Assembly (NCBI RefSeq): GCF_036321535.1
Contig: NC_087436.1
Location: forward strand, 8,122,001-8,186,000
Direction of reading: 5' to 3'
Length of the DNA stretch: 64,000 nucleotides
Source of the DNA: Camelus dromedarius
Taxonomy: Eukaryota
Shown: positions 23,286-34,910 of the stretch, in pieces
Layout of the letters: each line of letters begins with the position of its first letter
How positions within the stretch are numbered: position 1 is the first letter of the stretch
The notes under the pieces: generated by a model
The model's input: the letters and a program-made list of their open reading frames with translations, nothing else
Database searches by the model: none
Told to the model about the DNA's origin: nothing
Translations under genes and position numbers: made by a program

Positions 23286-26200
23286 CTAAACTTCTTAACT
23301 CTAGGAATTTCAATAATTGCAAATGTAACCATTAAATTCATTCTGCTTTAATTTATCAATCTATTTGTGAGGGCTGCCATCCTCTTGAGTAAAATGGATG
23401 TTTAAAACTGTAATAACTAAGAGATATTTTGATTCTCTTCATGAAGATATTGTATATGATTTTCTGTTTTCTTCTATACACGGCATAGTTGAGAAAGTTG
23501 AAAGAACAATCCTGGCTTTCCTTTTTCTCTTCTCCACCTTCTTTTTCTTTGACTCCAGCCATCTAACCAGGTTATTTGTTATTCTGTGTCATTTTTTTCT
23601 TCAAATTTCACTTTTTCAGAAAACAGCTCTCTTTTATAATCATTGAGTGAAGGGAGTTTTAAAAAGAAAAAAAAATCTTTATTCGACATGCTGATATTCT
23701 TCCTGCTGTAATTTTCTTTGTAATTTATTTTCTCTGACTCACCCTTTCTTTGGTGATTTAGCCTCCATTATGCTTTCACTATATCCTCCATCACTTTCCA
23801 CCAGCTTTTACTGGTCCAGATCCTCCAAAATCTTTGGAGCTCACAGCTGGCAGGGCAGGGGGGGGGGGGGCGGTTCATTGTTCCTTCTGAAGTAGAGACA
23901 TTCTGATCACCCACAGGTGAAGCTCATTTGATTCTATCAACAAAAATTACATATACAACACTGTAAAACCACATTTACACTAATCTTTTATCCCTAGAGA
24001 AACCTTAGAGTTACATGGGGCAGTTGTTACTTTTCATGATTTTTTAAAATATAAGTAATTTTAAATTTGGTCAGCACTGAATTACTAACATGTCCTTTTC
24101 CAAACCAAGCACTTTTTCTAATGCATGTTGCTGCTATTGTATGAGAAAGAATTCTTTTCTCGTTCCTATTATACAAATAGAGATATTTGCAGAGTGTAGA
24201 GATGATAAAATTTGCTAGAGTTAAATTCCAAATAAATTAAACTCTTAGATTGAACTAAGTGTCTATTTATTTTAAACATGAATTGCATTTTGTTACAGCA
24301 TGTTGTTTTTCGATTTGATTTTGCCCTTTGGCATTGGAACAAATTGCCACATCTTAACAGCGCACCATACTTACTTCATAATGTGTGACAGACGTCAAAA
24401 AAGTTTGTGCTGATGCAAGGCTTTTCATGTCTTCAAATATCATCTTACTTTGTCAAGAAGTATATTTTAATATCAACACATAAAATAAATAAGTAAATAT
24501 ATATATTTACCAAATACATGACCTCACTATAAATTAAATATCTTAAAATGTTTCTGAGGTGAGAAAAAATCTAATAGTACTGTCCAAGAAATGTTCTGAT
24601 AAATATATATTTTAGTTAATGTAATTTCTACAAGTAGTTTACTCTCCTGCTGCATTTCAATAAAAATAGTTAATACTTTTTTTGCAGACCTTTGCAAGAA
24701 AAATATTACCATGCCAGAACTTGTCCTGGATATTAAACTTACTCAAGAGAAATTATATGAAAAGATAGTTATAACCTTCCTGATTTTTGCTTGCAGGAAA
24801 TTCTGATTTCTAAGCAGGGCTTAAATAAACATCTTAAAGGCTATCCTGTAAGAGGATGTGCATTTCTCAAAGGAGGAAATAAATGTTCAAGAATACTGCC
24901 TGGACACAAGTTCCTTCAAAAGCCACCATCATTTTCAAAATGGAAATATGTTGGCATGACTTTCACATTTCATAATGACAGTACCTTTGTGATAACTTTA
25001 CAAACATATGAAATTTAAAAAAATAATTTCCATTAATAACTCTCTTATTTATGCCTAAGTAGACAATAAGTGATTGTGTCAATTATATTACTTTTGGTAT
25101 TTTCTAGGTTTAAAATTAAGTCCTATTGTACAAACTCTATCAATTGCAGGCTATTGTCTTATTGAGTTGTGGCTCCTATATCACTAAAAAAGTATGAAGA
25201 TTCCCATGACTCCATCTCTGTGTAAACTTGCACATAATGCAGCAACGTCTAATAACAAAAAGTAAAAAATTAAAAATTATTATAAGCTTTTATTTTATAT
25301 TTTATAATATATATGATTTATATATTTATTTTATAAAATTTTATATATCATCTATTTATTTTATAAAATATATAATTTTTATATCTTATATTTATATTTT
25401 GTATTTTATAATTATTTTAAAGCTTTACTGCCTTTCTTATGAGTATTTAGTGCAATCTGATTCTTAAAGTTTAGAGCTAATAACAAAGAAGCAAAAAAAT
25501 CCATGCACCTGCACACACGTGCACACACACACATCAGTTAAGGAAAGTGAGTGATTCTTAACAAGGAGTAAGCATAGATTTGAGAAATATCTATTTATTC
25601 ATTCAAAATATATTTATTACTCTTCTGAATTATGATGTCTATTTTATATATACATAAATACAATTGCTTCATATCATGTGCTATTGCGTGTTGTTTTCTA
25701 ATATTAAAGATATTAAATTTAAATTGCACCAATTCCACAAAGCAGACTTCTAATATTAATGATACTAAGCTAAGTTGCATCAAATTCACAAGGTACGCCA
25801 GATGCTCACAGCCATGGCCAGAAAGAAACATGTGATTGGACCATTAGGTACCACTGGGAGGAGGAGGGGGGAGATGCTCCCGTTACCTAACGATTTAGCA
25901 TCCATTTATAATTCTTCTCTGCCTCCATCACAACAGTAGGGGTTTGTTTCAGTCTGGGTTCAATCACAGAGCCTCTGGGAATTGTGACTTTTACAGAATT
26001 AGAGTTGGTGGGGTGAAGAACAGAAATAGAGACTGTAAAAACAGAAGAGTGGCCAAACCAATCAATCAGAAAACCCAAGAATGGTCCCCTTCCAAAAGGA
26101 AACAAGGGAGAGAGAGCAGTGACATTTCTGGGGTGCTGTTGCCTCTTTAGGTCTGGAGTAGGCTATGTAAGGACAGGCTCTGTCCTCCAGCTGGGAAGAT

Positions 26201-26561
26201 GGGTTAGAAACCAGACAGCATGAGCACAAGCTGTAAATACGTGAGTATTTCCATTCCTGTTCTTTCACAAAAACTTGTTCATTTTATGACAAAAATTGGG
26301 TTTCTATATTTTTCTGTCAGTTAAATGACTGATCTTGATGTCCCAGATCTACCTGACATTTTTTGTTTTTTGGTTTGTTTTAAGCACAGTAAGAAATTGG
26401 CTTTTATTGTTAGAGATAATGGCTTGTTAATTAGCACAACAGATGGTGGACAACTTCCACTCATGGAATAAGTCAAGAAATGTGAATTGGGTCAACTATC
26501 TAAAAATAATTTGAAACCACGAAAGAAGCAAGTTGTTAGAATCTGGGAACCTGTATAACTT

Positions 26562-26858
26562 TGGAGACAGAAAAATGTCATCAGCCATCTCCGTAAACAA
26601 AGGATGTTGTGGCCATCAAGCCACTGGTCACTGCAGCCACCCCTGGCTGTGTCCCCTGAGGGGACTCAGAATGGAGAAAACAGGATACTGGCCCGAGATA
26701 GTTAAGGTGCAGATCAAAGGAATGATTTCAGTGAGTCCAGACTCTCGCATCTTCCTATGGATAGAAAAGTGCTAAATTCATTAACTTGAGATGTCTGGTT
26801 TTAGTTAACAGTAATCTTTTGATGTTCTGACTGCCTGGTTTTTCGTGCAGAAACTTCT
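26562..26858 (+). mobile_element. Artiodactyl ERV1-type LTR, 5' part only; same family as 29909
   Basis: Colinear with 29909-30144 (GTAAACAAAGGATGTTG...GAGGGGACTCAG...ACTGGCCC...AGAAAAGTGCTAA...TTCATTAACTTGAGA); ends before the TATA region. Confidence 0.8.
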
Positions 26859-28817
26859 TTTAATAAGCCCACTGATGCTTAAGTAGATTCTCCTTGGGCT
26901 GAATCTCAATGACATTTGACTAAACCTGCCTCTGAAATCCCAGTATGTTTTTCCCAAATGAATTTCTCATGCAGTATGTTTCGGACAACTGAGATGTACA
27001 GAGGACTGGAATGTATGACTGTTTAGTACTGTGCTGGCTAATAAAATATCTCTAAGCAAAGCAGAATTTGACTGAGAACGGTGGTTACCAGTATATACCA
27101 AAAATAACCTAATAGATGTGCCCAATCCAATTGGCAGAGTGTGGTAGTGCACAGCTGGCAACAAGCTTGAATTTTATCTGAACAGCCTCTGAACTGTGCA
27201 GAAAAGATAAATGAATATGCTCACATAATTGGAGAGTTTACAAGGCAACAGGGACAAAGGTCATAATAGTTTAAGACAGGTGCTTTGGGACATATTTTAA
27301 ATTCTGAGAATGTTGTTTCTGTGAAGTTGTTTTAAACCTAATCAGACTTGGGGTGTTTTAGTCAGAAATGTAATTTCTTCTACAAAGGACAATTACTAAA
27401 GAAATACTAAAGAAGTAGTCTTGGCTCTTCTCTTTTTGCTTATTTTATAGGAATTCGGGGTGGAGGAAGGAAAAATTATATATATATATATTATCTGAGA
27501 TTAAATCATTTGACTATTAATTTTACTATGATATCTCATATTCATTGTGGCACAAATAATGGAATATAAAAATGTAAAAAAGCTGTCTGTCTCAATATCT
27601 TATCACAGCTTTGGATGTCTATACACATGCATATGTTTCTTAAAATAGTGAACAGTAAAAGGGACATGGAAATTGAGCATTAGGATATTAAAATTTCATT
27701 TTAACAACATTCAGACTTCAGCAAGTTTATTGTATTTGGTACCTACCTCGCGTTTACCTGCTGGGCATTTTTGAGCAGTTATATTTTTATTTCTTCATTT
27801 TCAAATATTCAGTTACTTCTTCAAATGTTATTTATTTTCCTGTTAGCCATTAGTTTTATAATCACTTGTCATTTGAAAAGAATGCCTTAGGGGGGAAAAA
27901 GTTATCAGGTTACATGGTCAAAGGAAATGCAAGTATTCCTTTAGGCAATCTTTTTTTGAATTTAATTTACATGCAATATGATATGCAATATGACTACTGG
28001 CTGGAAGATATATTCACACATTTCAAAGGGATTTCAGAATAGGAAAAAGACAAAGTAATATTCAGGAGTTAAGGGGAGATGTTATTTGTGCCCTTGTTTA
28101 TAAGCTTTCCCTTCACCTGCAAACACTGTACTCAAACAATGTTCAGTTTACAGTAAAACTTTGATGGAGGTGACGGGGTATCAGAGTCATAGAAGTAAAT
28201 GGATTTATTGTATTTATTCCTATTTCAATATAATCATGCTTCCTTATTCTATTTCAATCTTTTAAAATCTGTATTATATTAAAATAACTAGAAAGATATT
28301 TGAACATTATGTTGCCTTTCCAGATGCCAACATCTCAAGATTAATTGTATGTCCTCAAAATGTCAGTAGGAAACAACCAACTTTATCCAAGACACATATG
28401 TGGTGATAGTCTACAGTAGAAAGATCTATCTATGCAGTAGTAGGTATATCATAGAAAAGATACCATGCTGTTGAAAAAAGATTAAACAATAGTGAGGCTG
28501 AAATGGATCTTTTATATAACAAGCCTCTAGAGTTTCAAAGATGGTTTTATTTCTGATAAAGAATGTCTCCATGGAGTCTGATTATACACGCCTGATTCTG
28601 TGAGTGGAAGCCTCATGTGTTCCTCAAGATTTCATCACATTTCTCAAGTTGGGGCATGACTCTGCAAGTGTTTTATTGACTCCTTTATCTCTTGGGTTAT
28701 ATTTGTAAATTATATCTCTGTGTTTCACATGATTCCAGATTACAGATTTCAACACTTTCTCTCTTCCTGTCTCTCATTCTCTTTCTTGTTTCTTTCCTCT
28801 CTGTTTCATACTATTTC

Positions 28818-29412
28818 TGTTAGAGCTGGCAGAGAGCTAGATATGAGCAGAGATGGGGGCACAGGCCAAATGGCAGGAAACTTTACATCTTATGAACAAC
28901 AGAGGTCCTTGGCTAGACAGAGAAAAGCAGGAAACTCCAGACTGATGAGAAACCACACATTTTGGGGTGACAAATGTCCTGGAGGCAGGCAAAGAAAGGT
29001 GGGAAAAGGCAAGAATTTCTGGCCTCTGATGTAACCCTTTGCTCATTATGTCCTCATTATAATAAAATGAGCCTTGCAGATTAGAAGTACCCATCAGGCA
29101 CTGACACTGTGACACTTACAGACTAAATAGGGACAAAAATCCCTCCTCCCCTCAAGAAGGTGGAGCTGGAATGAAAATCAGGGAATATGACCCCAATCCC
29201 CTCCCTCTCCAGTGAATATTCCACCCATATATTTTTAGACCCCATATAACCAGCTTGCCAAAGAAACTCAGTGCAGCTACTCACCTGAGTCTGCCTGCTC
29301 TCTCCTTGAGAGTGTACTATTACTGAATAAATTCTCACTTTACTTTCTTGACTTCTGTGTCTTGTCTCTGAATTCTTTCTGCAATGAAACAAGAACCTAC
29401 TCTCTGGTAATA
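28818..29412 (+). mobile_element. Complete solo ERV1 LTR, MER41-like
   Basis: TGTTAGAG...GGTAATA termini (CA>TA); 4-bp TSD TTTC at 28814-17 and 29413-16; TATA-like CATATAA at ~29243; AATAAA at 29326; 3' CTGAATTCTTTCT...CAAGAACC as in MER41-group LTRs. Confidence 0.82.
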
Positions 29413-29422
29413 TTTCTACTTC

Positions 29423-29625
29423 TTTTTTTTTTTAAACTTTTTTTATTGAGTTATAGTCATTTTACAATGTTGTGTCAAATTCCAGTGTAGAGCACAATTT
29501 TTCAGTTATACATGAACATACATATATTCATTGTCACATTTTTTTTTTTGCTGTGAGCTAAAACAAGATCTTGTATATATTTCCCTGTGCTATACAGTAT
29601 AATCTTGTTTATTGATTCTCCATAT
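29423..29625 (-). mobile_element. Short lineage-specific L1 3'-end fragment
   Basis: Poly(T) plus TTATTGAGTTATAGTCATTTTACAATGTTGTG...CCCTGTGCTATACAG; similar to the 3'UTRs at 21190 and 44780. Confidence 0.9.
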
Positions 29626-29663
29626 GCTTCTAACTCTGTTTTAGCTCTAATCTATCTTCCATC

Positions 29664-29904
29664 TGTAACAGGAAAGAACTAACCTGACTCCATAGTAAAT
29701 CTATATTTTAAGCTCTGGCCCTTGCACTCTATAGCTAACTGCCTTCCTCCCAGTCTTACTAACTGTGCATGCATGTAGGCACGTTGATCATAAAAGGTTG
29801 TGACCTATAGCTTGAAGTGTACATAATGATTCCTTTCCTTCCAGAAACTCTGCTCACCTGCTTAATCTTTAAAGGCAAGTGCTTTTGCTTAGCTCATAGA
29901 TACA
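29664..29904 (+). mobile_element. ERV1-type LTR (host LTR A), 5' part; probable continuation lies inverted at 30150-30280
   Basis: Starts TGTAACAGGAAAGAACTAACCTGACTCCAT, a typical ERV1 LTR 5' end; interrupted at the CTAA TSD. Confidence 0.65.
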
Positions 29905-29908
29905 CTAA

Positions 29909-30482
29909 TGTGGACGAAGAATGCCACCTGCCATGTCAGTAAACAAAGGATGTTGTAGCCATCAAGCTCTCAGCACCTACAGCTGCCCTCAATGCTGTGC
30001 CCAGAGGGGACTCAGCATGGAAAAGAACAGGGTACTGGCCCTAGATAGCTAAGGTGCACATCAAAGGGATGATTTCAATGAGCCCAGACTGTTGCATCTT
30101 TCCGTGCATAGAAAAGTGCTAATTTCATTAACTTGAGACGTTGGCCTCTTCAGGATGTGTAAGTTTCCAAAAAGATAAATGTTTTCTCCTGCCCTAAGAC
30201 AAATCTTTCCTCTCCTGTAACTCTCTTATCTCTATGTGGATGTGTGATCAGTAAGAAAGGAAGAATTGTCTTTCTAATAATTAGTGCTGACTGAAAAAAA
30301 AAAAATGCACAACCTAAGAGCGGAGAATTAGATTTTACTGGGCAGACTTTCTGAGGACTCAAGTCCGGAGGCGGCCTCTCAAATCACTCTAAGGGACTGC
30401 TCTAGAGAGGTGAGGGAGGAGCCAGAATATATAGGAGTTTTTGCAACAAAAACCAGGTAGTCAGAACATCAAAAGATTACTG
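29909..30482 (+). mobile_element. ERV1-type LTR B nested in LTR A; 5' half 29909-~30144 (+), 3' half 30285-30482 inverted (-)
   Basis: TG start preceded by CTAA (29905-08). The inverted 3' half ends ...TTCAGTCAGCA followed by CTAA on the minus strand (TTAG at 30281-84). The copy at 26562 shows the two halves contiguous. Confidence 0.88.
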
Positions 30483-32859
30483 ACAAAATTCTCTGACTCC
30501 TCTCTCCCATTAGGACCTACACTGACACAGTATCTACCTCTTAGAGGATCCAGACTAATACAAAACTTGAAGTGAAAAATTAGGTTTGACTTTTCTTACC
30601 ATTGCAGCATGGTAGAGAGAAGGGATTTTTGTCTGCATTAGCTCTTTTTTTTTTTTCCCTCAAATACCTTGAACCTGCTGATTCCTAAGCCTGGAAAGAC
30701 TTTTCAACTTCAATAAGCTTGTCAAGCCCTGTTCCCAAGCAAAATCACTTTCTTCTGAAAGAAGATCTTGATGATGACATTTAAAATAACATTTAAAAAA
30801 AATCACAGTGAATATTAAACCCTATAGTATAGTTCATCTCCATGGACGTTTTAATAAGAAAGAAATCAGACTTTGAAGCATTTTAATTTTATGCATATTG
30901 TCATCTTGGCTATTTGTCTTAGTTTTAATGTTTTTGAGATAATTAAAAATATCACAGACCACTCAAATTTAATTATTTGCAATTCTTTCCCTGAAAGAAA
31001 ATTATAGACTAGGCTTCAGATACTCAGGCTGACACAAAACTCATTACTTTACAATTATTCCTTGACAGCAGACGTTTATAAAGGGTTTTATGTAGAAAAC
31101 TAGCAGAATAGCCACATTTTCTTCACTGATTTTATAAATATTTCTGGCAAATGGACTTTAATTTTATTTGTAACTAGTACATTTGCAAGTAATTTTTAAA
31201 GTACTAGAGACAGTGATTATAAAAATCCCCTATAAATTTTAAAAATTTAGATTATTGCATAAGAAGGCTGCAGGTTTATATTGCAATGTCTTAAACTAAA
31301 TACTAATTAAAATATTTAGAAAAGCTACAGTAAACAAAACTGATCCCCCTAAAATGAAAGGAAAATATAAAAAGATAAATTAAAAAAAAAAAAAGGGAAA
31401 AGATCCTTGAAATGGAGGAAAATGGCTAAAATGAACCAGAATGGAAGAAATTCTCTCTCTGCTTTAGGGAGCTGGATTAAAGGACATATTCATTTCCATC
31501 TTCATTTAACTAGTGTCAGAGAACATGTAAAATGGAAAATACTTCTTCTAAATTTGCCTTATGATCCAAGTTAAAAACTGATAATGCACAGATTCAGGAG
31601 GCAGTGTTCTGTCTTCTGTTGCTTTTTACTTTGTGCTGATGAGAGGGTTCCTAAAAGATGAAAAGTGGAAGGAGGCTGACTTACAGAAAAAGAATGAACT
31701 GAGAAGAGACAAGTGGCCCATTTCAGAAAGAAGTCACCTTCAGCAGTGGAGTGGTGTCTACACCTGACGGGGTTGAATCAGGCAGTGGTCATATGCCAGA
31801 AATGTCAAGGTTGGGACCAGGAATAACATCATCTTAACAGCAGATCTGGCATTTAGGTATTCTGTAAACTTGGACTGTAAAATGGCATAGTCACCCTGAG
31901 TTAATATAATAATTGGGGATTCTATCTAATATTAAAAACAATTAATGTAAATGATTATTCCTATAGGTATGTAAAAGTTACAGTAAAATATTTAAATAAG
32001 ACTGTAGTAAATCACAGATTTACTAAATAAATGATATAGTTATTGAATTAATGTAATAACAAACTTTGCATTCTGAATAGATATGCTTTATTTTTAAATG
32101 TCTACATAGCACATAAGCTAAAATAATTATGGAACGGGCCACAAAGAATATCTCAAAAGTATTACTTTGATCTCCCTCTGAGCTGAACTCTAATATCTTC
32201 ATCATGATTTCATTCTGACTATTCAAAGACAGACACAATAGTCCATATTTAATTTTTTTATTATAATATGGTCTAGAAATTTCTATGTGAACGTAAGAGC
32301 TGGAAATGTTTTCTTAATAAAAATTCTAGCCAGAGAAATAGACATTTATAGTAGAAAGGAAAGCTTTTTCCTTTCAGTTGGTGTTCCACAAATTGTTCTC
32401 AAAAGAAAAAGAAAGAGAAGAAAAAAGGTGACTACATTTCCTTTTCCTCATAACTTTCGACATCTGCAAGGCTTTTCCAAGAAATGTATGTGAAGGAAAA
32501 AAGAAATCAAAATAGAGACATACAATTGTGAAAATAATCTTATTTCTGCATTTATAAGAGATAAAACAGAACTTTAGAATCATATTGCATGAAGACAAAA
32601 TCCATCACTCATGGTTCTGCTCACAAGGACAGGTACTTGTAAAATAGTACTTAAGAATGAATGGGCACAAAATTACATTTATAATTAACTTTTTAAATTT
32701 GTGATTATTTCTTAATGGGACAAGTGTATCAATCTTTTAATATTTTATATAAAATATAAAACAAATGTGCTACCAAATTCTTTACAAGTACACATCTCAT
32801 ATTTAATTTCTGCTGTTCTGTCTCTAAATTATTATGATATCATGCCCTCATATTCCTTT

Positions 32860-33050
32860 CAAAGACAATGTCCCATATGTCAGACCCTCATCATCTCTCA
32901 CCTGCGCTGTGAAAATAGCCTCCCTCTGGTTTCCTAGCCTCACATTTCTCCCATTTATCCTAAATTACCACCTTTCCACAGTATAATTCAAAATCCAAGA
33001 GGTGGCTAATGTTCTCCTTTCTTAAATATTTTTCTTGGATCTCATTTCAG
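32860..33050 (+). mobile_element. L2 fragment
   Basis: CAGACCCTCATCATCTCTCACCTG...AATAGCCTCCCTCTGGTTTCC. Confidence 0.65.
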
Positions 33051-33053
33051 AAT

Positions 33054-33580
33054 TGTGATGAGAAAAAAACTACTATTTTGAGTTGCTGTCTAGGCATTTT
33101 ACCATATGATAACTTGGCTCACATCCAGAATCTGGACATTTAGGTAAGGACCCAAGCTAAGGATTCCTACCGGAAGTTCCTGCTTTGCTTTTCCTAGGGC
33201 ACCTTTTAATATACTCACTTAGAGCTGAGCCGGTGAAAAAGAGCGCCCTCCGCCCCAAGCAGCCAAAGAGTAATAGGTGCTTGTTACCCTCCTCTCCATC
33301 TCCTGCTCACTTGTGACCTGGGACTGAGATCTGTCCTTCCTCTGGCTCATTCCCTTGTCCCAAAGCCCCCTCCCCTCTTTCTAGGCTCTCTAAGTAATTA
33401 ATCTTCTGACTTGACTTTGTGAGGGGTTATTGACACTGTGTCTTCTAGCAAAACAACCTGTGGATCTCTCTTCCCTAAAGTGGGGGCTTGGCTTCTGAGG
33501 CAGCTACCTGCTGACCAGGTGTGGTGGCGTGTGCCTGTTCATTCAGCAGGTTGCAATCTGCTTATACTTAATTTGATACA
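33054..33580 (+). mobile_element. Probable old LTR, family not assigned
   Basis: ~525-bp GC-richer block bounded by TG...CA inside L2-like sequence; no clear TSD. Confidence 0.4.
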
Positions 33581-34873
33581 CCAGGTCTGGCCTCTAAATG
33601 CAAGATTCAAATGCAAAAATGGTCAGCTGTGAATTTAAGGTGCTTTACAGTCTGAATACATCTTAAAATCCTGGTTGAGCCCCCACCATGCTCCCTTGAA
33701 CCTGAGACAGACAAAGAAAATTTTTTCAAGAAATAAAAATTCCCTGCTTGTTCATACTCCTTAGATGAGATGATCCATGTTGGTAGATTATAAAGAAGTT
33801 ACATGTTTGCTCTAAGATTTACTTGCAAGAATGTTTAATCAAGTATTGAAGTATTGGGAAAGTAACCCTTAACAGGATAGATGTACAATAATAAACAGTT
33901 AATTGAATACATTGATATTTCTCGAAAATGAATGCCAGACATCTTACAGTAATTTTTGCAGCATATTTAATAATATTGCAAATAATGTTAATAACATATT
34001 GCTAACTAAAACCTGAAAATTATATAAATGAGCATGAATACTGTTTCCAATTTTCCCAACATGTTATACCTATAATGTCTAATATATGGTTATATATAAT
34101 GTATAATGTCTATATAATAATTATAAAGTATATATATAAATATCTCCAATAGGAACAGTAGTATCAAATATTAATTATGAGTATTTTAGTTGGCATAATT
34201 TAAGCAATTCAAAAATTCTCTTTTGTACATGTATAATTATTTTGAAGGAATATCAGTTATTGCTTTAATAGCAAATATAAATATTACACTCAGTTGACAC
34301 CATACAATGATCTTCATTATCATCCTCCAAAGTATCATTAACAATTTGAGTTAGAGATCATGAAAATAAAATGATATCAGTAAAGGAGACTCTATGCAGA
34401 GGGAGAAGTCAATAAAGCCATAACCAGAATAAACAGTGTGGAAATACCAACCACACAGGCGGTGGGGGCGGGGCAGGTGCCAAAAGGAATAACACCGTGG
34501 GAACAAGTAAAGGATGGATATAAGAGTTTCAAAGACTCGTCACAGATTATTCCAGATGTTCTATCAAATAAATAATGGGGAGCGAAATTGTCTCCTTGAA
34601 TGACTATTTTAAAAATTGTAAGAAAAATAAACATAAGCTGGTTTAAGTCTCACAACCATATGAGGTTGGTATAAATCTCATTTATTGTGATTTTTCTTTC
34701 ACAGAAATCTCGCCCCACTTAAATAATTGATTTTTCTTCTCCTTACCAGCTGCTTATGTAGGTTAGACTTCAGTATTAATATCAACATATACATTGGCTA
34801 GAGTGAAAATTAAAATATCCAAGGGATTTGCTGATACAAAGGTCCAGAAGTCTGCTATTGTTGATTGTGTGAT

Positions 34874-34910
34874 GTGTGGTGTGTGTGTGTCTGTGTGTGT
34901 GTGTGTGTGT
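34874..34910. repeat. (TG)n microsatellite, imperfect
   Basis: Visible directly. Confidence 0.9.

Noticed and set aside
23853..23873. G-run / G-quadruplex
   Set aside because: An isolated homopolymer with no promoter or other functional context.
25285..25425. AT-rich stretches giving Ile/Tyr/Phe-rich ORFs; similar AT-rich sequence at 49850-49980
   Set aside because: Low-complexity sequence, not coding.
26151..26240. Exon-like segment TTTAG|...|GTGAGT
   Set aside because: No recognisable coding similarity or other support; such signals arise often by chance.
26562..30482. The two same-family LTRs as the ends of one provirus
   Set aside because: The 29909 LTR has its own TSD on both ends, the copies are visibly diverged, and no PBS/gag/pol sequence is recognisable between them.
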